Of a DNA stretch of 64,000 nt, positions 8,109 through 17,756 are shown one piece after another. Each line of letters begins with the position of its first letter. The stretch's first letter is position 1. Made by a program: the position numbers and the translations under genes. Below the pieces are notes generated by a model that had not been told where the DNA came from, searched no databases, and saw nothing but the letters and a program-made list of their open reading frames with translations. Source of the stretch: Actinomycetota bacterium (GTDB lineage: Bacteria > Actinomycetota > Thermoleophilia > Gaiellales > F1-60-MAGs149); assembly GCA_009885805.1 (NCBI GenBank), contig VFJZ01000005.1:74999-138998 (forward strand). Reading direction: 5' to 3'.

Positions 8109-9574
8109 CCGTTCAGCGGGCGAACCACAAGTGGTGGACGCTGTTCGCGATGTGCTTCGCGCTGTTCATGATCATGCTCGACAACACGATCGTGAATGTC
8201 GCGCTGCCGACGATCCAGCGCGAACTCGACGCGACGCCGGCGAACCTGGAGTGGACGGTGAACGCGTACGTGCTGACGTTCGCGGCGCTGATCCTCTTCG
8301 GCGGCAAGCTCGGCGATCGCTTCGGGCGCAAGCGGATGTTCCTCGTCGGCGTCGCGCTCTTCACGCTGTTCTCGATCGCGTGCGCGCTGTCCGAGACGGA
8401 CACACAGCTGATCATCGCCCGCGCACTGCAGGGCAGTGGAGCGGCGCTGCTGAATCCGCTCAGCCTGTCGATCCTCGTCAACGTCTTCCCGCGGGAGCAG
8501 ATCCCGGTAGCAATTGGCGTCTGGGCGGGCATCTCCGGCCTCGGCATCGCGATCGGACCGCTGATCGGCGGCGTCCTCGTCGAGCACGTCGGCTGGGCGT
8601 CGGTGTTCTGGGTGAACGTCCCGATCGGTGTGATCGCGATCGCGGTCTGCGTCTGGGCGGTGAGCGAGTCGCGCGACCCGAGCGCGACGACGATGGACGT
8701 GGTCGGCACGAGCCTCGTCACGGCCGGCCTGTTCGCGCTGACGTACGGGCTCATCCGCACGACCGAGCACGCGTGGCTGTCGCCGTCGGTCCTGGCGCTG
8801 CTCGGCGGCGCCCTCGTGCTCCTCTGCGCCTGGCTGTTCTGGGAGGCGCGCGTGACCGAGCCGATGGTGCCGCTGGAGTTCTTCCGCATCCGATCATTCG
8901 CGGCGGCCAACGTGGTCGCGCTGCTGGTCGGCGTGGCGCTGTTCGGCTCGCTGTTCTTCGTCACGCTCTACTTCCAGAACATCCGCGGCTACTCGGCGCT
9001 GGAGGCGGGCGTTCGCTCGATGCCGATGACGCTGATGATCATGTTCGTCGCACCGATCGCCGGGCGCCTCAACATGAAGGTCGGCCCGCGGCCGCTGATG
9101 TCCCTCGGTATGGCCCTGGCAACGGTCGGGATGATCGGCCTCGCGCTCGTCGGCGCGTCATCGAGCTATCACGCGATCTGGCCCTACCTGGTCGCCCTCG
9201 GCGCCGGCGTCGCGATGACGATGCCGTCCCTGTCGAGCGCGGCGATGAGCGCGGTCGAGCCGGCCCGCTCCGGTATCGCCTCGGGCGTCGTCAACTCGGC
9301 GCGGCAGGTCGGCGGTGCGATCGGCATCGCCGTGATGGGCTCGATCGTCGCCAAGCTCGCGCTCGGCTCCTTCGGACCCGCGCCGGAGGAGGTAGAGCAC
9401 CTCGTCGTCGGCGGCCAGACGGCGCTGATCGGGGTCACCGCCGGCCCGGACGTCGCGGCGCGGGCGGCGGACGCGTTCGTCGCCGGCATGCACGGCGCGA
9501 TGCTGGCAGGCGGCGCGCTCACCTTCGCGGCGATGCTCGTGTCCGTGTTCTGGCTGCGCCCCGGCGTTCAGTAG
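8105..9574 (+). CDS. MFS transporter, DHA2 (EmrB/QacA, 14-TMS) family
   Basis: From the GTG at 8105: 'HKWWTLFAMCFALFMIMLDNTIVNVALPTIQRELDAT...WTVNAYVLTFAALILFGGKLGDRFGRKRMF' is the canonical DHA2 N-terminus. Confidence 0.9.
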   Translation: MTVQRANHKWWTLFAMCFALFMIMLDNTIVNVALPTIQRELDATPANLEWTVNAYVLTFAALILFGGKLGDRFGRKRMFLVGVALFTLFSIACALSETDTQLIIARALQGSGAALLNPLSLSILVNVFPREQIPVAIGVWAGISGLGIAIGPLIGGVLVEHVGWASVFWVNVPIGVIAIAVCVWAVSESRDPSATTMDVVGTSLVTAGLFALTYGLIRTTEHAWLSPSVLALLGGALVLLCAWLFWEARVTEPMVPLEFFRIRSFAAANVVALLVGVALFGSLFFVTLYFQNIRGYSALEAGVRSMPMTLMIMFVAPIAGRLNMKVGPRPLMSLGMALATVGMIGLALVGASSSYHAIWPYLVALGAGVAMTMPSLSSAAMSAVEPARSGIASGVVNSARQVGGAIGIAVMGSIVAKLALGSFGPAPEEVEHLVVGGQTALIGVTAGPDVAARAADAFVAGMHGAMLAGGALTFAAMLVSVFWLRPGVQ

Positions 9575-10329
9575 AGCGCGGAGGCGAGCCGGCGGCGGTA
9601 CTTCATCACCAGCGGGTCGTCGTTGCCGCGCTCGCCGAAGATGCCGATCATCACGCGCCGGAGCCGGTCGCGACGCTCCGGCGGCGCCGCGGTGATCACC
9701 TCGATCAACCGCTCCATGGCTGCCTCGGGGTCGTCCTCCAGCCCGGCGACAGCGGCGGCGGCTTCCGGGTCGAGCTCCGGATTCGCCTGCAACTCGGCCC
9801 GCGCCAGCAGACCCGCGCCGACGGCGTCGTGCGCAGCTTCGCGCAGGACCTCGACCGCCTCGGCGGGCACCGCGCGGCGGATCAAGACCCGCCCGAGGGC
9901 GAGGCGGGCTTCGAGATGTCGCGGCTCATGAACAAGCGCGTCGCGCAGCGCCTGCTCGTCGCCCGACTGCACAGCGAGGTCAGCGGCGGTGGGAACGAGG
10001 GCATCGAGGAAGGCGTCGACCTGTTGCCGAGGCAGGGCGCCGGTGAACTCGTCAACGAGCCGACCACCGCGGAAGGCCTTGACGTTCGGGATGCCACGGA
10101 TGCCGTAGTCGGCGGCGAGCCGCTGGTTCGCATCGGTGTCGACCTTGGCGAGGCGGACGGCACCCACGCGCGCCTCGACGGCCGCCTCGAGCACGGGCGT
10201 CAGCAATCGGCAGGGGCCGCACCAGGCCGCCCAGAAGTCGACGAGAACGGGCACCTCGTGCGAGGCGTCGAGCACGACCTGCTGGAAGTCAGCCTCGGTG
10301 GCATCGAAGACGTTCGGCACGCGTCTCAT
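9568..10329 (-). CDS. Thioredoxin-domain protein with a C-terminal TPR-like domain (YbbN/CnoX-like)
   Basis: 253 aa from the ATG at 10329, with 'VLVDFWAAWCGPCRLLTPVLE' (WCGPC active site) followed by a helical-repeat tail. It is the real C-terminal part of the 813-aa track ORF 9568..12009. Confidence 0.85.
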   Translation of the reverse strand: MRRVPNVFDATEADFQQVVLDASHEVPVLVDFWAAWCGPCRLLTPVLEAAVEARVGAVRLAKVDTDANQRLAADYGIRGIPNVKAFRGGRLVDEFTGALPRQQVDAFLDALVPTAADLAVQSGDEQALRDALVHEPRHLEARLALGRVLIRRAVPAEAVEVLREAAHDAVGAGLLARAELQANPELDPEAAAAVAGLEDDPEAAMERLIEVITAAPPERRDRLRRVMIGIFGERGNDDPLVMKYRRRLASALY

Positions 10330-10850
10330 TGTACGGAGCGGCGGTAGAGCACATGCCGCTGCAGGCGGTGCCCGGCGTGCAGACGGGGATGGTCGAACTC
10401 GCCGTCGCGGCGCATCCCCAGCCGTTCCATGACGGCAATCGAGCGGACGTTCGTCAGCGCCGTGAACGACACGATCTCGTCGAGGCCAGCGCGCTCGAAC
10501 CCGTCCGCGCAGGCGGCCTGCGCCGCCTCGGTCGCGTAGCCGTGCCCCCAATGCGCCGCAGCAAGCCGCCAACCCACCTCCACGCACGGCATGAACGACG
10601 CCTCGAACGTCGGGCGGGCGAGGCCGACGAACCCGACGAACGGCTCCTCGTCGACGACCTCGACCGCCCAGAGGCCAAATCCGTCGCGGTCGAAGTCGGC
10701 TTCGATCCGATCGACGGAGGCGTGAGACTCCGCCGCCGTGAGCGGCGCCGGGAAGTGCTCCATCACGACGGGATCGGCGTTGAGCGCCGCGAACGGCACC
10801 CGGTCGGATGCGCGCCAGCGCCGCAGGACCAGGCGCTTCGTCCGGATCAT
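10326..10850 (-). CDS. GNAT N-acetyltransferase (RimJ/RimL-like)
   Basis: 174 aa: 'RTKRLVLRRWRASD...GFGLWAVE...VGWRLAAAHWGHGYATEAA...'. ATGA overlap with the thioredoxin start. Confidence 0.85.
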   Translation of the reverse strand: MIRTKRLVLRRWRASDRVPFAALNADPVVMEHFPAPLTAAESHASVDRIEADFDRDGFGLWAVEVVDEEPFVGFVGLARPTFEASFMPCVEVGWRLAAAHWGHGYATEAAQAACADGFERAGLDEIVSFTALTNVRSIAVMERLGMRRDGEFDHPRLHAGHRLQRHVLYRRSVQ

Positions 10851-10872
10851 CGGGCCGCCCGCTGGTGTAATC

Positions 10873-10886
10873 TGAACACGTGTTCA
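10873..10886. promoter_or_regulatory. Perfect 14-bp palindrome TGAACACGTGTTCA in a divergent promoter region; candidate TetR operator
   Basis: Read directly. It lies 23 bp from the GNAT start (10850) and 29 bp from the acyl-CoA dehydrogenase start (10915). The downstream operon encodes a TetR regulator. Confidence 0.5.
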
Positions 10887-10914
10887 AAATACAAGACAAC
10901 TGTTCGGCGACCTG

Positions 10915-12075
10915 ATGGACCACCGCCCGCTCGACCTGACCGACGAGCAGCGCGCCCTCGTCGAGGTCTGCCACGACTTCGCCGAGCGTGAGCTCCGCCC
11001 CGTCGCACGCCTCTACGACAGCGACCATGACCATCCCGACCCGCGGCCGCTGCTGTACCGCGCCGCCGAACTCGGACTGCCAAGCTACTCCCTGCCCGCG
11101 GAGTACGGCGGCGGCGGCATCGATGACGTCTTCACCGCCTGCCTCGTCTCGGAGGAGCTCTCCTGGGGCGACGACGCGCTGTCGAGCCTGCTCTGTTCCG
11201 GCAGCTTCTTCGCGCACACCATCATCGCGCTCGGCGACGAGGAGCAGAGGCGCCGCTTCGTACCGCCGCTCTGCGGCCCGACGCCCGTCTTCGCCGCGCT
11301 CGCGACGACCGAGCCGGGCGCGGGCTCCGACGCCGCCGCGATCACGACCCATGCCCGCCGCGTCGACGGCGGCTACGAGTTGACCGGGCAGAAGACGTGG
11401 ATCTCGAACGCGCCGATCGCCGACCTCTTCATCGTCTTCGCCACCGTCGCCCCGGGCACGCGCTCGCGCGGGGTGACGGCGTTCGTGGTGGAGCGCGACG
11501 ACGCCGGGCTGACGGTCGGGCCGCCGATGGCGAAGCTCGGCCAGCGGGCGATCCCGACCGCCGAGCTGTTCCTCCAGAACTGCTTCGTCGCCGACGACCG
11601 TCGCATCGGCGAGGAGGGCCAGGGGTTCTACGGGCTGATGGAGACATTCGACGCGGCGCGGATCACGCTGGCTGCATCCGCCGTCGGCGCCGGCCGCGCC
11701 GCCGTCGAGTACGCCATCGCCTACGCCCGCGAGCGACAGGCGTTCGGCCGGCCGATCGCCGACTACCAGGCCGTTTCGTTCCGCATCGCCGACGCGGCGA
11801 TGAAGGTCGACCAGGCGCGCCTGCTCACGCACCACGCGGCGCGGCTGTGCGACGCGGGCCGTCGCGTCGCGAAGGAGGCGGCGATGGCGAAGCTCGCGGC
11901 CTCCGAAGCGGCGTCGTTCGCTGCCGACGCCTGCGTGAAGACGCTCGGCGGCTACGGCTACTCGCCCGAGTACCCGGCGGAGAAGTGGCTCCGCGACTCG
12001 AAGCTTCACGAACTCTGGGAGGGGACGAGCGACATCATGCGCCTGATCGTCTCCCGCGAACTCCTGAAGGGATGA
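10915..12075 (+). CDS. Acyl-CoA dehydrogenase
   Basis: 386 aa: 'ALATTEPGAGSDAAAITT...GQKTWISNAP...' with the C-terminal 'YEGTSDI'-like 'WEGTSDIMRLIVSRELL'. Confidence 0.9.
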   Translation: MDHRPLDLTDEQRALVEVCHDFAERELRPVARLYDSDHDHPDPRPLLYRAAELGLPSYSLPAEYGGGGIDDVFTACLVSEELSWGDDALSSLLCSGSFFAHTIIALGDEEQRRRFVPPLCGPTPVFAALATTEPGAGSDAAAITTHARRVDGGYELTGQKTWISNAPIADLFIVFATVAPGTRSRGVTAFVVERDDAGLTVGPPMAKLGQRAIPTAELFLQNCFVADDRRIGEEGQGFYGLMETFDAARITLAASAVGAGRAAVEYAIAYARERQAFGRPIADYQAVSFRIADAAMKVDQARLLTHHAARLCDAGRRVAKEAAMAKLAASEAASFAADACVKTLGGYGYSPEYPAEKWLRDSKLHELWEGTSDIMRLIVSRELLKG

Positions 12076-13247
12076 CGATGGACATCACGCTCACCGGGCG
12101 CCACCGCGAGATCAGCGCGAACGCGCGGCGCTACTGCGACACGTACCTGCTGCCGCTCGAGATCGCCTGCGACGAGCAGGACGGTCTACGCGCCGACCAG
12201 CTCATCGAGGCGCGCGCGGCCGTCGTCGAGCTGCGGCTGAACGGCATCAACATGCGGCCCGAGTGGGGCGGGCAGGGCTACAGCTCGTTCGAGCAGATGC
12301 TCACGCACGAGCAGCTCGGACGGGCCACGAACGCGCTCTGGGACGTGCCGTGGCGGCCGTCGAACGTCCTCAAGTACGCGTCGCCGGCCCAGGTGGAGGA
12401 GTACGTTCGACCGGAGATCGCCGGCCGGCGCCGCCATGCCTACGCGATCACGGAGGAGGGCGCGGGCTCCGATCCGTCCGTGCTCGAGACAAGAGCGGTG
12501 CGCGACGGCGCCGGCTGGCGAATCAACGGCACGAAGTGGTTCGTGACGACGGGTGACATCGCCGACTACTTCATCGTCGTCGCCGACGCCGAGGGCCACG
12601 GCCTGACGAGCTTCCTCGTCGACAAGCACCGCGACGGCGTCTCGGAGAAGCGACGGCCGCGATTCATGCACGCGTTCGTCTTCGAACATCCCGAGTTCAC
12701 GTTCGACAACGTCTACGTCGACGACACGAAGATCCTCGGCGGGCTGGGCCGCGGGCTCGAGCTGACCAGGGAGTGGTTCATGGACGAGCGGCTGCTGATC
12801 GCCGCGCGCAGCCTCGGCGGCGCCGAACGGTGCCTCGACACGGCCCTCGCCTACGCGCAGGAGCGGCGGCAGTTCGGCAACCTAATTCTCGACTACCAGG
12901 GCGTCTCGTTTCCGCTCGCAGACTGCGCCGTCGAGCTGCAGGCGGCGCGCGCGCTGACCTACCAGGTGGCCTGGGAGATCGACCGCAAGCAGGTCGATCC
13001 GAAGACGCTGCACGCGAAGGCGGCGTCGGTGAAGCTGTTCGCGTCGCAGATGGCAAACCGCGTCGCAGACCGCTGCGTGCAGGTCCTCGGCGGCCGCGGC
13101 TACATGCGCGAGAACCCGGTCGAGCGGCTGTTCCGGGATCTGCGTGTCGATCGCATCTGGGAGGGGACCGACGAGATCCAGAAGGTGATCGTCGCGAACG
13201 AGCTCGCAAAGCGCGGGCGCGCCGGCCTCTGCGCCTGGCCGGGCTGA
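12072..13247 (+). CDS. Acyl-CoA dehydrogenase (second, divergent paralog)
   Basis: The ATG at 12072 overlaps the upstream stop (ATGA). Sequence: 'YAITEEGAGSDPSVLETRAVRDGAGWRINGTKWFVTTG...IWEGTDEIQKVIVANEL'. Confidence 0.9.
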   Translation: MTMDITLTGRHREISANARRYCDTYLLPLEIACDEQDGLRADQLIEARAAVVELRLNGINMRPEWGGQGYSSFEQMLTHEQLGRATNALWDVPWRPSNVLKYASPAQVEEYVRPEIAGRRRHAYAITEEGAGSDPSVLETRAVRDGAGWRINGTKWFVTTGDIADYFIVVADAEGHGLTSFLVDKHRDGVSEKRRPRFMHAFVFEHPEFTFDNVYVDDTKILGGLGRGLELTREWFMDERLLIAARSLGGAERCLDTALAYAQERRQFGNLILDYQGVSFPLADCAVELQAARALTYQVAWEIDRKQVDPKTLHAKAASVKLFASQMANRVADRCVQVLGGRGYMRENPVERLFRDLRVDRIWEGTDEIQKVIVANELAKRGRAGLCAWPG

Positions 13248-13843
13248 TGCCGCGGCTGTCGGTCGAGGCGATCCGGCGCGAGCAGCTGCTCGACGCCGCG
13301 ATCGGGCTCGTCGCGGCGAAGGGGTACGAGGCGACGACCGTCCGCGACATCGCCGCCGCGGTCGACGTCGCACCGGGCACCGTCCTCTACTACTTCGAGG
13401 GCCGCGACGACCTGATGCAGGCGGCGCTCGTGGAGGCGGCTCGGCGCTTCGGCGCCCGCCTCGACGACGCGCTCGCCGAGGCCGACGGCCCGGCCGAGGC
13501 GATCGCGATCCATGCCGTCGTCGCCACGCCCCGCACGACCGAGGAACGCGCGGCGCAGACGCTGTGGATCGAGTTCTGGCGACAGGCAGTGCGCAACGAG
13601 GGGCAGCGCGCTCTGCACGAGCGGCTGTACGACTCGTGGCGGGCGCGGATCGCGGCGACGGTCCGCGAGGGCGTCGCCGGCAGCGTGTTCCGCCGCGACG
13701 TCGCGCCGGAAGACTGGGCGCGGCGGTTCGTCGCGCTCCTCGACGGCCTCGGCCTGCACGTCGTGCTGCACCCCGGATCGGTCGGCGCCGACGTGATGGA
13801 GCGGGCTTGCCGGGAGCACGTCGCAGCGACACTGCTGCGGTGA
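13247..13843 (+). CDS. TetR family transcriptional regulator
   Basis: The ATG at 13247 overlaps the stop by 1 nt (TGATG). The N-terminal HTH is 'REQLLDAAIGLVAAKGYEATTVRDIAAAVDVAPGTVLYYFEGRDDL'. Confidence 0.85.
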   Translation: MPRLSVEAIRREQLLDAAIGLVAAKGYEATTVRDIAAAVDVAPGTVLYYFEGRDDLMQAALVEAARRFGARLDDALAEADGPAEAIAIHAVVATPRTTEERAAQTLWIEFWRQAVRNEGQRALHERLYDSWRARIAATVREGVAGSVFRRDVAPEDWARRFVALLDGLGLHVVLHPGSVGADVMERACREHVAATLLR

Positions 13844-14967
13844 CCAGGCCGGACCGCTTCGCCACCCTCCCGCTCCACCTCGGCGGGTTCATCGGGCCGT
13901 TCGGCGGGGCCGTCCTGGTGGTGCTCGTGCCGGAGCTTCGCGAGGCGTTCGACGCCACCACCGGGGAGGTCGCGCTCGCCGTCCCCGCCTACTTCGTGCC
14001 GTTCGCGCTGCTGCTCCTCGTCTCCGGGACGATCGGCGAGCGGATCGGTCGGCGCCGCGTTGTCCGCCTCGCCTACCTCGCCTACGCGGCCGCGTCCGTG
14101 TTGACAGCGATCGCGCCGACGATCGAGTTGCTGCTCGTCGGCCGCGCCGCGCAGGGCGTCGCGAACGCCTTCACGACACCGCTCGTGATGGCGGCGCTCG
14201 CGGACGTCGTGCCGCGCGCGCGGCTCGGTCGGTCGATCGGCACCTTCGCCGGCGTGCAGGCGGCCGCGATCTTGTTCGCGCCGCTGATCGGTGGGCTGAT
14301 GGCGGAGGTCTCATGGCGACTGGCGTTCCTGGCGCCAGCCGTCGTCGCCGTGGCGCTGGCGCTGATCCCGCCCGCCGACCCGATCGGCGACACGGCGCAG
14401 GTTCGGCCGTCGCTTCGCGAACTGGCGACGCCGCGCGTCGGCCGGCTCGCGCTCGCCGCCACCGCCGGCTACGTCGGGTTCACCGGGATGCCGTTCCTCG
14501 TCTCGCTGCGGATCGACGACGCCTTCGCGCTCGGCGCGTCCTCGCGCGGCCTGATCCTCGCCGCGTACGGCGCCGCCGGGTTCGCGCTCGGCACCGCCGG
14601 CGGCCACCTCGTGGAGCGGATCGGCGGACGCCGTGGCGCGATCGTCGGCGCCGTGCTCGGCGCAGCGTTCATGCTCCCGATCGGCGTCGCCGGCACACCG
14701 CTGCTGCTGGCCGCCGCCTGGACGCTCGGCGGCGCCGCCTCCGCCCTCCTCTGGGCCGGCCTCAACACCCTCGCCATCGAGACCTCCGACACGAACCGCG
14801 CCGGCATCGTCAGCGCCTACCAGGCGTTCAAGTTCATCGGTACCGCGGCCGCGCCGATCGTCTGGCTCCCGGTCTACCACGCCTCGGCAGGCGCCGCGTT
14901 CGCCGCCGCCGCCGCCGTGACGCTCATCGTCTGTGTCGCCGCGCCGCACGACCTGCGCCGAGGCTGA
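13840..14967 (+). CDS. MFS transporter
   Basis: The GTG at 13840 overlaps the TetR stop (GTGA). 12-TM-like text includes 'GTIGERIGRRRVV' (the MFS loop 2-3 motif). Confidence 0.85.
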   Translation: MTRPDRFATLPLHLGGFIGPFGGAVLVVLVPELREAFDATTGEVALAVPAYFVPFALLLLVSGTIGERIGRRRVVRLAYLAYAAASVLTAIAPTIELLLVGRAAQGVANAFTTPLVMAALADVVPRARLGRSIGTFAGVQAAAILFAPLIGGLMAEVSWRLAFLAPAVVAVALALIPPADPIGDTAQVRPSLRELATPRVGRLALAATAGYVGFTGMPFLVSLRIDDAFALGASSRGLILAAYGAAGFALGTAGGHLVERIGGRRGAIVGAVLGAAFMLPIGVAGTPLLLAAAWTLGGAASALLWAGLNTLAIETSDTNRAGIVSAYQAFKFIGTAAAPIVWLPVYHASAGAAFAAAAAVTLIVCVAAPHDLRRG

Positions 14968-15035
14968 CGGCCGGCCGTTCCATTGGGCGCCGTCCGCAGC
15001 GGGAGTACACTCGGACTGCCGTCGGAAGTGATCGC

Positions 15036-15650
15036 ATGGTTCCGGCCCGAGCCCTTCGCTCGCTGGTACTGATCTGTGCGTTCGTCCTGCCCGGGACGGC
15101 TGTGGGCGCGAGCAAACCAGCGTGTACGGCCTCCCAGGCCGCGGACATCGCGATCGACAGCTTCGCGGCGTGGGACGCCGGAGACGTTGACGGAATCGTG
15201 GTCTCGGTCAACCAGACACTCGGCCCGTTCGGCATCGCTCTGCCGCGCCGGAAGGGGCGTCCCTGGCCGAGCGACGTAAGGGGTTACGACTCGAGCCATG
15301 GCGAACGCGCCGAACTGCTGCGCTGGCTGCATCGTCGCGTGCCGCTCGGCGATCGCGTTCGCCTGCTCGAGCTCAAACTCATCCATGAGGCGGCGGCCGG
15401 CGACGACCATTGGGGGTTCGATGGCTCCTTCCGCCGCCGCGCGCCGGACATCGCCGGGTCGCGCCGCTTCTACGTCGGCCACTCGAAGCTGGCGGTCGAC
15501 TGCCGCGGACTGCTCGCTCTCGGCGCCGGCCGCTCCTACTGGCATCGGAGTCCTCGGCAGCATGCCTGTGGACCGACGGCCAAGACCGTTCGCCGCGTTC
15601 GCAGCTGCGGCTTCGCCCACCACCCAACGTACGGGCCGCCGCTGCCTTGA
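15036..15650 (+). CDS. Secreted hypothetical protein
   Basis: The ATG at 15036 gives the signal-peptide-like 'MVPARALRSLVLICAFVLPGTAVGASK'. No family recognised. The upstream part of the track ORF is shadow. Confidence 0.5.
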   Translation: MVPARALRSLVLICAFVLPGTAVGASKPACTASQAADIAIDSFAAWDAGDVDGIVVSVNQTLGPFGIALPRRKGRPWPSDVRGYDSSHGERAELLRWLHRRVPLGDRVRLLELKLIHEAAAGDDHWGFDGSFRRRAPDIAGSRRFYVGHSKLAVDCRGLLALGAGRSYWHRSPRQHACGPTAKTVRRVRSCGFAHHPTYGPPLP

Positions 15651-15689
15651 GGTTCGGCGTCGCAGGGCGTCGCGTGTACGCTCGTCCCC

Positions 15690-17756
15690 GTGCCGCGCGA
15701 CCCACGCCACGACGTCCTCTTCGAGCCCGTCCAGATCGGCCCGAGGACCCTGCGCAACCGCTTCTACCAGGTGCCGCACTGCACCGGCTTCGGCACCGGT
15801 AAGCCCCTGTCGCAGGCGAGGCACCGCGGGGTCAAGGCGGAGGGCGGCTGGGCGGCTGTCTGCACCGAGTACGCCGCGGTCTCCCCCGACTCCGACGAGG
15901 CGCCGTTCGCGCACGTCCGGATCTGGGACGACGACGACATCCCGCTGATCCGCCCGACGGCAGAGGCGGCGCACGCCCACGGCGCACTGGCCGGGATCGA
16001 ACTGTTCCACGGCGGCGTCCACGGCCACAACGCCGACTCGCGGCTCCCGCCACTTGCGCCATCGCAGATCGCCGGCGACTACAACGGCCAGGTGCCGAAA
16101 GCGATGACGCAGAGCGACATCCGCCGCGTCCAGACCGAGTGGGTGCGGGCCGCGGAGCGCTCTCGCGACGCCGGCTTCGACATCGTCTACGCCTACGGCG
16201 GCCACACCTACCTGCTCGGCCAGTTCCTCTCCCCCTACTACAACCAGCGCAGCGACGCCTACGGCGGGTCGTTCCTGAACCGGGCCCGCTTCTGGCTGGA
16301 GCTGCTCGAAATGCTCGACGACGCAGTCGGGGAGGACTGCGCGATCGCTGCGCGGCTCGCGATCGCGGCGGGTGGCGCGGACGCCGGCGTCTCGCTCGAC
16401 GAGGGGCTCGAGTTCGTCCGCCTGGCCGACCGCCATGTCGACCTCTGGGACGTCAACATCAGCTCGATCTCCGAGTGGTCGCGCGACTCCGGCGTCTCCC
16501 GCTTTTTCAAGGCGGGCTGGCAACTCGAGTGGACGGGAGAGGTGCGACGCGCCACCGCGAAACCGATCGTCGGCGTCGGCCGCCTCACGGACGCCGACCA
16601 GATGGCGGCGATCATCCGCTCCGGCGTGTGGGACCTGATCGGAGCGGCGCGCCCATCGATCGCCGATCCGTACCTGCCGCGCAAGATCGAGGAGGGCCGC
16701 CTCGACGAGATCCGCGAGTGCATCGGCTGCAACATGTGCGTCGTCAAGGGCGACGGCAACGGCCACCTCGGCTGCACCCAGAACGCGACGGCGGGCGAGG
16801 AGTACCGCCGCGGCTGGCACCCCGAGCGCTTCGCGCCGGCGGCCAACCGGACGAAGGACGTCCTCGTCGTCGGCGCCGGACCGGCCGGCATGGAATGTGC
16901 GATCGTCCTCGCCCGGCGTGGCTTCGGGCGCGTCCACCTCGCAACCCGAGACACCGAGATCGGCGGAATCATGCGCTGGGTGCCCCGCCTACCCGGGCTC
17001 GGCGAATGGGGTCGCGTCCTCGACTGGCGTCGGATCCAACTGGAGAAGCTGCGCCGCCAGGTCGAGATCGTCACCGCCACCGACCTGGATGCCGCAGCGG
17101 TCCGCGACTACGGCGCCGAGATCGTCGTCGTCGCCACCGGCGCGCAGTGGTCGCCGGTCGGCCTGAACGGAATCACCCGCGGCCCGATCCTCGGCGCTGA
17201 CGCGCGGCTGGCGCACTGCCTCACACCCGAGCAGGTGATGCTCGACGGCAAGCGCCCGCCGGGATCACGCGTCGTCGTCTACGACTGCGAAGGCTGGTAC
17301 GCCGGCGCCGGTATGGCCGAGTTGCTGCGTGCCGAACGCTGCGAGGTGACGATCCTGACCCCACACGAGCGCGTCGCCCACGAGACCGACGCCGCCCTGG
17401 AGGGGCCGATGCTGCGTCAGCATCTGCACGACCTCGGCATCCGCCTGCGGCCGGGCCGGACGGTGACGACGGTTGCGCCCGAGGGTGTCAGCGGCACCGA
17501 CGAGTTCGGCGTGCCCTTCGAGCTCGCCTGCGACGCGGTCATCCTGACGACGCAACGCGTCTCGGACGGCGCGCTGTTCGCCGCTCTTGACGACGAGCCG
17601 GGGACGCTGGAGGCGGTCTACGCCGTCGGCGACTGCGTAGCGCCGCGCGTCATCGCCGACGCGATCTTCGACGGCCACCGCCTGGCCCGCGAGATCGACG
17701 CCGCCGACCCCGCCCGGCCGCTGCCCTGGCGCCGCGAGCGAGCGGCGCTCGCGTGA
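15690..17756 (+). CDS. Trimethylamine/dimethylamine/histamine dehydrogenase family flavoprotein (FMN + 4Fe-4S + ADP-binding)
   Basis: 688 aa with close colinearity to TMADH as I recall it: 'RDPRHDVLFEPVQIGPRTLRNRFYQVPHCTGFG' (includes the Cys used for 6-S-cysteinyl-FMN), 'CIGCNMCV...GCTQNATAGEEYRRGWHPE' (4Fe-4S cysteines) and 'VLVVGAGPAGME'. Confidence 0.9.
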   Translation: MPRDPRHDVLFEPVQIGPRTLRNRFYQVPHCTGFGTGKPLSQARHRGVKAEGGWAAVCTEYAAVSPDSDEAPFAHVRIWDDDDIPLIRPTAEAAHAHGALAGIELFHGGVHGHNADSRLPPLAPSQIAGDYNGQVPKAMTQSDIRRVQTEWVRAAERSRDAGFDIVYAYGGHTYLLGQFLSPYYNQRSDAYGGSFLNRARFWLELLEMLDDAVGEDCAIAARLAIAAGGADAGVSLDEGLEFVRLADRHVDLWDVNISSISEWSRDSGVSRFFKAGWQLEWTGEVRRATAKPIVGVGRLTDADQMAAIIRSGVWDLIGAARPSIADPYLPRKIEEGRLDEIRECIGCNMCVVKGDGNGHLGCTQNATAGEEYRRGWHPERFAPAANRTKDVLVVGAGPAGMECAIVLARRGFGRVHLATRDTEIGGIMRWVPRLPGLGEWGRVLDWRRIQLEKLRRQVEIVTATDLDAAAVRDYGAEIVVVATGAQWSPVGLNGITRGPILGADARLAHCLTPEQVMLDGKRPPGSRVVVYDCEGWYAGAGMAELLRAERCEVTILTPHERVAHETDAALEGPMLRQHLHDLGIRLRPGRTVTTVAPEGVSGTDEFGVPFELACDAVILTTQRVSDGALFAALDDEPGTLEAVYAVGDCVAPRVIADAIFDGHRLAREIDAADPARPLPWRRERAALA

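Noticed and set aside
9568-12009. 813-aa minus-strand ORF, the longest in this region
   Set aside because: It is a composite. Only its last 253 codons (thioredoxin-TPR, 9568..10329) are real. The adjoining GNAT gene (10326..10850) lies in a different minus-strand frame. The upstream part is antisense to the acyl-CoA dehydrogenase gene and has the Arg/Gly/Asp-rich composition of GC-rich shadow frames.
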